A stretch of DNA of 63,999 nt, the filler included, from Basidiobolus ranarum (lineage: Eukaryota), in NCBI GenBank assembly GCA_040143965.1. It is 4 parts of 4 records of this genome, joined end to end, with 100 filler letters (N's around TTAATTAATTAA, not from the genome) between each part and the next. Parts side by side here need not be neighbours in the genome. Positions count along the whole stretch, not along the records: positions 50,158 to 63,999 come from JASJQH010000456.1; 3 more parts are not named here. One strand, given 5' to 3'. The notes under the pieces were generated by a model. The model searched no databases, was not told the DNA's origin, and saw nothing but the letters and a program-made list of their open reading frames with translations. Shown piece after piece: positions 54,466 through 63,999 of the stretch (within the stretch, counting starts at the first letter, position 1; every line of letters starts with the position of its first letter). The position numbers were made by a program, and so were the translations under genes.

Positions 54466-56314
54466 TCCAGAAGAGTTGGAAATAAAGAAAAGAATGAGCC
54501 ACAATTTGGGGATAGAGAGAGAAGTGATAATTTATTAGGTTTAAACAATAATAAGGCGGAAGTCACAAAACAATACCAACGATTAAGGGATATAAGTTCG
54601 GTTTATACAGGCAGGTGATTTATGGCAACGTTAGCTTCTGGATATCGATGCTTGCCTCTACTATTTTCAGTATTAAACAATGGATTCTGATGAGATAGTG
54701 CACCTCCTCAATCAACTCCTAAATTTCCTTAATTCCTGTCCTTAATAAACCTATTTTTATACCAAAATCTTACTTGGCATTGCGGATGGAATCTATGGAA
54801 GTGCGGCTGAGTGACCAATTATGGCCACTTGCAAGTCAACCTCATGCGCAACTGATCATTATGTAACCATCTCTATGGATTGCTATAAGCCAAGCACGTA
54901 TCGTTTCGTGACAAGGTAAATGACTGAGATTAGTCTTGGTAGTTTTGATTCTGGATCATGGTCCATATGGTGAGGAAAAAGAGGATGGTGGCTATTTTCT
55001 TAGCAATATGAGTGGATTTATAGAATGTCAAAGCATTCTGCTGGCGTGCATGGGATGTATATCAAGTTTTAGTTCAACCTGATAGCTCACAGCAGGAAGA
55101 AGATTGATGAAGCAAGGGGAGGTAAGAACTTACCATGCAGAAATGTAAGCAGTGCATGGAACTAAAGTTGAGTGATCGTGCTATATGGGTAGCGTGAGCC
55201 TGCAACCAAGGCTCCTCATTTCTCTGGGGCTGCTTTATTTACCTCTACCGTGCTGTGCTAAGATTATTACAGCTGAGCAAACTCAACATACCCATGTCAA
55301 GCTCTGTCTCCCCTGTCTACCTTCACAAAGCTGATCTTCACATAATGATACCCAAGATGTGTTAGAAGTATACTAAATGTTGCACAAGAGCATGGTTTTG
55401 GTGCAAACTAGCAAAACTCCGATGGTGCATTTCATTTGAGCATGCTTCGTCGAAAGCAATAGCTTCACCTGGTGTCACTAATTTATACCTACATTGAAGT
55501 AAATATTGCCGCAGACTATTCCCCAAATAATCAATGAATGAAAATTGTATGCATTGTCGGATATTGCAAGGGTTCGATTCTAAAACATCACTACCAAGGC
55601 CGATTTAGATATCCCCGGTTTGCAGTCTGGCTAGATTAGTTCTAGAGCGTCTTATCTAGGGAATCTGTCCCCCTCTCCCCAATATCCGAACATCAATTAC
55701 CCATCAATTATAGCCAATCAATGGAGATATCTAATCTTAAGCACCTGTCATTAGCATGACGGACATGAGGAAATGGTTGTCAAATGCCATCCTCAGTTGA
55801 CTTGGAAGTTTCCCTAGGAATTGTGGCTAACTGACCAGCAGTATGCAGTGATTCGAGCAATTGTTTTTGATCGTAGAGAATCTCCCAGTCAAGCCCACAT
55901 GGTTACTATCTCAATATTGCCTATTATTATCCATTATTTTCTTCAATACCTTTTTTAAAAATCTATTTTTGTAATTTCACCCTAAATGTTCTTAATTTTA
56001 GTCCCTATTTTGCATCTGCTCGGCTCCCACATTACTCATCTACCCCTTCCTTACCTGGCACCACCTTAATCTTGCCCAAGGATTCGATTTCCTATAACTC
56101 TCTAGTTTTCACTGCTACTCCAACTGTGCTGCTATATTTGTTTTGGTAAAGCCCTTTTTGACTTCAGTATATCGTCTTTATTCACTTTCTTAATATATTT
56201 CTATTTATTGTTGCTATCGAGCTTTTGCTCTATCGAACTACCATATTACTTCATCTTAGATATATATTAAAATCTACTTTCATCTGTTAATAGAATTAAG
56301 CAAAAGTCTCAAAT

Positions 56315-57151
56315 ATGTCCGAAATTCGTCGCAAATTAGTAATTGTTGGTGATGGTGCTTGCGGTAAAACCTGCTTGCTGATTGTTTTCTCCAAGGGCAC
56401 TTTCCCTGAGGTAATTCTTCCTTCCTTTTTCTTCCTCAAACTTTTCTTTCTATTCCTCTCTCAGTATTTATTTAAAGATTTACCGAGTACATTTAACTTT
56501 TTTTCATCTTTTTCACTCAACATCATCCTTAATACTGTCTAGGTATATGTTCCTACCGTTTTTGAAAACTATGTTGCTGACGTCGAGGTTGATGGTAAAC
56601 GAGTCGAGTTAGCTCTTTGGGATACTGCAGGACAAGAAGATTATGATCGTCTTCGTCCTCTCTCCTATCCCGATTCTCATGTTATTTTGATTTGTTTTTC
56701 TGTTGATTCACCCGATTCTTTGGAAAACGTACAAGAAAAGGTAATGTTCTTTCTTTTCTCTGAAAATTAGCTTATGAATCTAATGTTGCTTAAATTATGT
56801 AGTGGATTTCGGAAGTACTTCATTTCTGTGCTGGCCTTCCCATAATCCTTGTCGGCTGTAAGAAGGATTTGCGTAACGATCCCAGAACCATTGAGGAACT
56901 CAGAAAGCAGGGTCAGTCTCCCGTCACAGTTGAACAAGTAAGTGTTTTTTATTTTAGATATCCAGTTTTCATTATTAATCATTTGATTTTTTATGAAGGC
57001 AAACTCTGTCGCCAACAAAATTGGTGCTTACAAATACTTGGAATGCTCTGCTAAAGAAAACGATGGTGTCCGTCAAGTATTCGAGCACGCTACCCGCGCT
57101 GCTCTGCTTACCAAGACTAAGCAAAAGAAGAAGGGATGTTTAGTCCTGTAA
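56315..57151 (+). CDS. RHO1: Rho1 small GTPase
   Basis: [63 protein letters not shown] and CAAX end KKKKGCLVL*; three introns. Confidence 0.97.
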
Positions 57152-58709
57152 ATCATCATGTTATAGTCGTTCTCCCTATTAACTCAACCACTTATCCCAC
57201 CTACACTCATCTACGACTGTTCTCACTGTAGTTTCTTAGTTATTAGTATTTGGGGCCACTATTTCTTTCTTTTCTTTACCATCGCGAACTTAAAATCACC
57301 CAACCTTCGTCAGCCTATCTTTTATGATTTTCTTTAATATACTATTAGCTTGCAGCAAGCAATTCAAAATTTGAAGCCAGTAATGATCTATATATGATAT
57401 ATCAACACTAGGATGAAGTAAACATTCATGTAATTTGAGACCTCTAGAAGTAGAACATACGATATCTGTGTGAGCTACCTGGTAATGAGAAACAATTTAA
57501 ATTACCTCCCTTTTAAGCTAATAAAAAGTACATCTCCCGTTGACCAAGCAGCTAATGCCTGAAACGTGGATTCATGATTTGTATCAGGATGTCAGGTACG
57601 AATCACATTAAATCCATTATGCTATGTTCTCTCAAGCAGAGATCTGGTATTGTTGAAAGTGTGAGCCATTTTCAAGTGTGGTGGAGATTTAAACACTGCT
57701 TTTTCCCCATGATCACAACACTCCTCGTCTGGTGAAGAGCGATGAATCAATCATGGTCACTGTCAATTGAATTTACTAGACATACCTCAAACATTTGCCA
57801 GATGTTGATTGGATTAATACTGCTAACGCTATGTCAAGACCAGATATATATAGTAAAATGCTTAGTAACTATTTCCTTTATTTATTCATCATCGTTACAT
57901 GTTTCTTTGTTTAGGCTTGTCAAGATAAAGGCTACCAAGTGTAGTAGAGTTGAAACTCATCCTTCACAGCCGGACCAGTGAGAGTGGCAACACAATTGTC
58001 ATAGCATATCCAATACTGTGGGTTTTATTTACCGTGGTTTTTAAACACAGGTAGAGGCAATACAGTAATGCTTATGCGATCAACATGAGAGAAAGCACTT
58101 TCAAGATAGATTGCATCGTGTGCGACACTGGTATTTATCGATTAGTAAAATTATCACATTTAGCACGTGGTGGTGATATTGATGGACATGCATCCGTAAT
58201 TGCCGAAGGATATCCTTGACTAAGGCTAATTCAAAATATGAGACATGAGCCTCCAATCATTGCAGTCAGGCAAATGTAACTCTCAATTTGATGAAATGCT
58301 GTATTATACTTTGAAAAACACATTGAGATTCATCTGGCGTTCGTATGCTTTCATGTGAAAATGTGCTTAGCCTTCTAGTCAAAACATCCCTTTGTTTCTT
58401 TGCCAGCAATCCCTATTGAAGTCCTATGCTGATCCTGGGAACTTTACCAATTCTTATTACGAATCTTTCATACTAATACCACCACCAATATCATCTGATC
58501 ACCAAGGTACTAAGTAGAATATATGCCATCAATAATAAATGAGGAAATGTGGTTTCTACGGCATGTGATGTGACTTTCGAAATTTTTGCTATTTTAAAGG
58601 AGTGCTTGGTCACGTAAGATCATAAAAAGCCCTTCTATCCGTCTTTTCTTCTTCATTCAAACTACTTTGCATCTCACCATAGTTGATCTTTACTTGTAAA
58701 TTATCTATA

Positions 58710-61544
58710 ATGACCCAAGACCTTCGTTTTGATAACCGCGTCGTTATTGTCACTGGTGCTGGTGGTGGTAAGTAGAGTTATATTTGGTCTTTTCTCACAT
58801 AAATAAATCCCATCATTTTTCTTTCAAATGTTAACCCGCATTTAACTAGGTATCGGTAAAGCATACTCTCTTTTCTTTGCTTCAAAGGGCGCTGCCGTTG
58901 TAGTCAATGACTTAGGCAGCTCTCACTCTGGTGGTGGTGCTTCCACCAGAGCTGCAGACCTTGTGGTCGATGAAATCAAGAAGAATGGAGGCAAAGCTAT
59001 TCCCAACTACAATTCCGTTGAGGATGGTGACAAGATTGTTGCCGCTGCTATGAAGGCTTTTGGCCGTATCGATATTCTCATTAACAATGCTGGGTAAGCT
59101 TAAAGATTATCAATTTTCGTTCACCTGGCTATATTTCTAATTTATTACTCTACAGTATCTTGCGTGATAAATCTTTCGCTAAGATGACTGATGCTGACTG
59201 GGATATGGTCCAAAATGTTCACGTTCGTGGGGCATATAAGATTACTAAGGCTTGTTGGGAAATCTTCAGAAAGCAGAAGTTTGGTAGAATCATTATGACA
59301 TCATCTGCTGCTGGAATCTATGGCAACTTTGGTCAAGCTAATTACAGTGCCGCTAAATTAGCAACCGCTATGTTTGGCTTTACTTTGGCCAGAGAGGGTG
59401 CTAAGTATAACATTCATACTAACGTTATTGCTCCTATTGCCGCATCACGCATGACTGAGACTGTTATGCCCCCTGAAATTTTGGAGAAATTGAGTCCAGA
59501 ATATATTACTCCCGTCGTTGGATATTTGTGCCATGAATCCACACAGGAAAACGGTGGTCTATTCGAACTTGGCGCAGGTTTCGTCGCTAAGCTTAGATGG
59601 GAAGCTTCTTCTGGCAACGTATTCAAGCCTGATTCTACCTTTACCCCAGCTGCAGTTGCCGCCAAATGGGATACCATCACCGATTTTTCTAAACCTTATT
59701 ATCCCAACTCTTTGGCTGAGACTGATTGGCTTGGATATCTTGAAGCTTCCAAACAGCTCGCTTCTAATCAACAAACTGATGCCCTTCGTTATGACGGCAA
59801 AGTTGTCATCGTTACTGGTGCTGGTAATGGACTTGGTAGAGCATACGCTTTACTCTTTGCCCAACTTGGAGCTTCAGTAGTTGTCAACGATTTGAGCAAC
59901 GCCGACAAAGTAGTAAAAGAGATCGAGGCTAAAGGTGGTAAAGCTGTCGTCAATACTGATTCAGTTGAAGATGGTGATAAGGTTATCGCTACTGCTATGA
60001 AGGCATTCGGTAGAATTGATGTTATTGTCAACAATGCTGGTATTCTTCGTGACAAATCTTTCGTTAAGATGACCGATCAAGACTGGGATTTAGTTCAACG
60101 TGTTCACTTGAGAGGTACTTACAAGATGTGCAAAGCAGCTTGGCCTATCTTTCAAAAACAAAAGTACGGTCGTATCATCAACACATGTTCAGCTGTTGGT
60201 CTTTTCGGTAACTTTGGCCAAGCTAACTATAGTTCCGCTAAGGCCGGTATTCTCTCTCTTAGCAACAGTCTTGCCATTGAAGGTCACAAGTATAACATTC
60301 TAGTAAACACTATTGCACCTCATGCTGGTACAGCCATGACTGCCACAATCATGCCACCTGAAATGGTCGAGATGTTCAAGCCTGAATACGTTGCTCCTTT
60401 AGTTGGTTTCCTTGGTCATGAGTCATGCCCCGAGACTGGTTCCTGCTTCCAAGTTGGAAGTTGTTGGGTTGGTAAGGTCAGATGGCAACGTACTGGTGGT
60501 CATGGATTCTCTGCCAAAAAACAACTTTCTACCGAAGCGGTTGCTGCACAATGGGAGAAGATTTGTAACTTTGAAGATGGTAGAGTTCAATACCCAACCA
60601 GCACTAGAGAGTCTCTCATCGATATTCAAGAGAACATTGCACGCGCAGATCAGGATGAGTCCGAATCGGAGTCTGGATCTTTCCAGAACAAGGTATTCGA
60701 CTCACTCAAGTACACATATACTGAACGTGATGTCATTTTGTATGCACTTGGTGTTGGTGCTACTCGTAAAGATCTTCCCTTGGTCTATGAAAATTCATCT
60801 GACTTTATGACTCTTCCCACATTTGGTGTTATTCCATCTTTCGCTTGTATGGAGTCTGTACCTTTTGATGAGTTCATTCCCTCATTCAATCCTATGATGT
60901 TGCTTCACGGAGAACAATATCTTAGCTTGAAGAAAGCAATCCCTACTTCTGGCACGCTTATTTCTAAGCCTCGTATTATTGACATCCTTGACAAAGGTAA
61001 GGGAGCACTGGTCATTCTTGGCGTTGAAACCTCTGATGAATCTGGTGACGTGATCTTTGAAAATGAATATTCCTTATTCATTCGTGGTATTAAGGGTGTT
61101 GGAAACAAACAAGCTAAGGATCGTGGTGCAGCTACTGCTCCTAACGTTCCTCCTAAGCGTAAGCCTGATGTTGTTGTGCAAGAAAAAACTAGCGAAAACC
61201 AGGCCGCACTCTATCGTTTGAGCGGTGACCGTAACCCACTTCATATTGACCCTGAGATGTCTGCTATGGGTGGCTTTGATGTACCAATCCTTCACGGACT
61301 TGGTTCATTAGGAGTTGCCGGTAAACACGTCTTCCAAACATACGGTAATGGAAAGGCTGATGCTTTCAAATCTGTTAAGGCGCGCTTCGCTAAGCACGTG
61401 TTCCCTGGAGAGACTTTGGAAACTCAAATGTGGAAAGAAGGAAATAAGGTTATTTTCCAAGTGCGTGTTGTTGAAAGAGATGTTATTGCAGTTGCTAATG
61501 CTGCAGTTGAATTGAACACCTCAAACTTGTCTTCCAAACTGTAA
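58710..61544 (+). CDS. FOX2: Peroxisomal multifunctional beta-oxidation enzyme (2x 3-hydroxyacyl-CoA dehydrogenase + hydratase 2)
   Basis: Two SDR domains ([29 protein letters not shown]), hydratase motif [14 protein letters not shown]...PILHGL and C-terminal PTS1 SKL. Introns at about 58768-58849 and 59094-59155. Confidence 0.96.
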
Positions 61545-62591
61545 ATGTGTCCGCATCATCTTTTATTATTCCATTATCACACCCAAAATCTTTGAAAAGC
61601 TTAATGTAAATCGCTCTCAATACTCCTCAATGCGGTAGTAATTGAAATGGTCAGCAGTCACCATTGAACTCGATAATAAAGACAATTACGTACGCATATA
61701 TTCTTGTAGTTGCTTTGGGCTCTTCACAGACGCCACAACACACTATATTTAGACAGCTCAAATCAGTGGCATGGCAACTTGGTATCTTATGTCTATATCT
61801 GGCCTAGAAAAGTTGAAGCAACGCATGGAAAAGATTAAGCTTCGAGCTGAGATTCGTAGTTCGGAAAATCTGCTAAAACCGACATCATAAGTATATAATT
61901 CATCCAACCACTGATTGATTGTTATACAAAGCTTGGAAGTAAAGAAGATTTGGAACTGGCCATTACGGATTTACGTTGCGTAATGCTCTTTGTCTAGGAA
62001 CTCGCACCACACCACGCCACACCAAACCAAGCGATGTGGTATTACGTTCTGCAAAGGGAGTATTCAATTGATATGCATAAACGAAAATGAAACCTAATTT
62101 ACTAAATCTATCTATCTACATAGAAGTGACTGTTAAAACCTCTACTGAGCATGGTCACATGTATGCTTCACACAGATCATATATAATTATTGGACCAAGC
62201 ATCTTTCACAAGACCAATCAACTGCAACTCACATTAAAGCGTGACTTTCTTAAACAGTTGTGGTTTAACACATTCGACTTGATGGTTGGATTCAGCAGGT
62301 TCTAAATGTGTCCAGCTGAACTACGCAATAAACACGCCCTCTTTTCTGTGTATTGAAAACTAATCCATGGAAGTGTATATTTACTGAGTTTTCTCTGCCA
62401 ATGTATTATCGAGAATCTTAAATCAGACATTTGATTCTTCGATATTCAAGGGTCTCTTTCCACGGCTCATTTAAGTGGTTTCTTTCAAAAGGGTGTCTCT
62501 TTCTTAGTTCTCGAAATTACTTGATAACAGTCAAAAAAGACAGTCCATACTAAAACCACTCATTTCTAGTAGATATTTGTACTAAAACACA

Positions 62592-63039
62592 ATGCTTCCG
62601 GCAAAACAGAACAAGATCGATTTGAGTGTAAGTTGGTGTTGACTGCCCTTTTACTTGCCCATAAATTCTGACGTTTGTATAGAAATTGACGGAAGACGAA
62701 CGTAAAATCTTCAAATTATATGGCAGACTTCCGAGTGGTAAAGACTTGGTAGCTCAAAAACTGAAAGTATTATTATCCCAATTAGCCTCTTTCACCTGTA
62801 TTACTTCTAACTTGGTTCCTCAGGATCGTAAATATTTCGACTCCGGTGATTATGCCTTAAAAAAAGCTGGCCAAACTTCCGCTGAAGTTGGTTTACAACA
62901 TCCGTCACCTGAAAAGATCCCTCATGCCAACATGGTTTCCCCTACTAGTTTACTTCAAAAAGAAACGAATACAAGTCAACAAACCGCCGAAACTCAACAC
63001 ATTGATAACTATGGGCCTCCACCAATGTTTAATCTTTAA
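62592..63039 (+). CDS. IGO1: Endosulfine/ARPP-19 family protein (Igo1/Igo2-like)
   Basis: MLPAKQNKIDLS|KLTEDERKIFKLYGRLP and RKYFDSGDYAL. Introns 62628-62682 and 62767-62823. Confidence 0.9.
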
Positions 63040-63543
63040 GGCAAAGAATGATGTTGACACCAATTATTTACCGGTGAGCCACTAGCTATCTCTCATTTTT
63101 CGTTGCCAATCTTTTCTACTTTATACTGGCATATCTTTAGATTTGTCTTGTCGCTCATAGTTGAAGGGAAAAAGATGAAGTCCATATCCCTTGAACATAT
63201 CTCCAATTTCCTATATTCCGTTGTTGGAAGAAAATCAATTCATTATATAAACAAGGAATGTTGAAAATGTACAAGTAACTCCATCTCTGTTAGTGTTTTC
63301 AAAATTTTAATCCTTTGAAGGAGTGGCATGAGGTTGTTATATCGAGTGGTTATAGTCAATATTTTCGATTGGTTTAAAATACATCGGGATTAAGAATCTA
63401 TTTAAGGTATAAACGTATGGATGGTAGGAGAATCATTATTTACTTCCCTTTACGCGGTACAAAAATCAACGATCAAAACATAATGGCTAATGATGAATAA
63501 ATGGATTGCTGACATGAGACGGAACATGTTAGAGTGTTCTTGT

Positions 63544-63999
63544 CTATATCATATTCTTGACTCTCATTTGCTTCGTCAGCTCAATAACTTGGGTTTGAGA
63601 ACGCTGAAGTTCGGCTTTCATCTTTCGAAGCATCGATTCCGAATCCCGAACGTATTTTATAGCACGTTGCGTATCCTTTTCCATGCGCGCAGATTTTCTT
63701 TCCGAGTCTTCAAGCTGCTTCTCCAGTTGTTGGATTTTATTTTGATTCGCTTGAGCAGAAACATCCAAGTCGCTACTCAATGATGTAGGCTTGGGGCGGG
63801 ATTGACGTAAAAGATCTTCAAGAGAGTTGGCTTTGACCTGCATAGCCAAGAATTGGTCCTTCAACTTCGCAATTTCGTGCTCAGCTGCAGCAACTGTTGC
63901 CTTCGCAGCCTTTTCAGAATCAAACAAAGGTTGCTGTTTCTCAACAATTGAATGGAGCTCTTGTAGAGTAGTCTTGTATTTTTCTTGTAGCTCCTTATT
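63544..63999 (-). CDS. Coiled-coil C-terminus, likely of a Kel1/Tea1-type kelch polarity protein; 5' part outside the window
   Basis: Heptad-rich open frame to the window end. EKDTQRAIKYVRDSESMLRKMKAEL resembles the A.HYVKGTEKML.RMK.EL motif I recall from fungal Tea1/Kel1 homologues. Confidence 0.55.
   Translation of the reverse strand, partial: NKELQEKYKTTLQELHSIVEKQQPLFDSEKAAKATVAAAEHEIAKLKDQFLAMQVKANSLEDLLRQSRPKPTSLSSDLDVSAQANQNKIQQLEKQLEDSERKSARMEKDTQRAIKYVRDSESMLRKMKAELQRSQTQVIELTKQMRVKNMI

Noticed and set aside
55565-55590. GGTTCGATTC, resembling a tRNA T-loop/B-box
   Set aside because: Flanks do not form a T-stem, and no acceptor or D arm is present.
56049-56075. CTTACCTGGC, resembling the U1 snRNA 5' end
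   Set aside because: Lacks the ATAC start, and the following sequence does not match U1 stem-loops or an Sm site.
59414-61515. Many antisense and alternate-frame ORFs overlapping FOX2 (likewise within hxB, M13, VNX1 and RPT4)
   Set aside because: Shadow ORFs produced by the codon bias of the real genes.
62767-62823. Apparent 19-aa insertion in the endosulfine ORF
   Set aside because: It is a 57-nt GT-AG intron that happens to be in frame and stop-free.

Overview
This is eukaryotic fungal DNA: AT-rich, with short GT-AG introns of about 50-90 nt. The gene style suggests an early-diverging fungus, plausibly Basidiobolus-like, but that is inference. The window is four unrelated pieces joined by artificial 100-nt spacers (44 N + TTAATTAATTAA + 44 N) at 16649, 33369 and 50058, so gene adjacency across the spacers is meaningless. 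Recognisable genes are GH38 alpha-mannosidase (partial), a HAL/NPR-type kinase, RPT4, a myosin-motor chitin synthase (partial), an orphan helical protein, an auxin-efflux/ECM3-family transporter, Moco sulfurase, RPS16 (partial), VNX1, casein kinase I, a Yap1-like bZIP, an M13 metallopeptidase, a protein with at least four bromodomains, a pair of DUF1648-like membrane proteins, RHO1, FOX2, an Igo1/endosulfine and a Kel1/Tea1-like coiled-coil C-terminus. The most notable items are (i) an intronless bacterial-type M13 peptidase with a broken C-terminus, (ii) a convergent, intron-bearing pair of DUF1648/SdpI-like genes, a family mostly known from bacteria, (iii) the four-bromodomain array, and (iv) several heavily decayed pseudogenes hidden in apparent intergenic DNA. 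No tRNA, rRNA, CRISPR or intact transposon is supportable.
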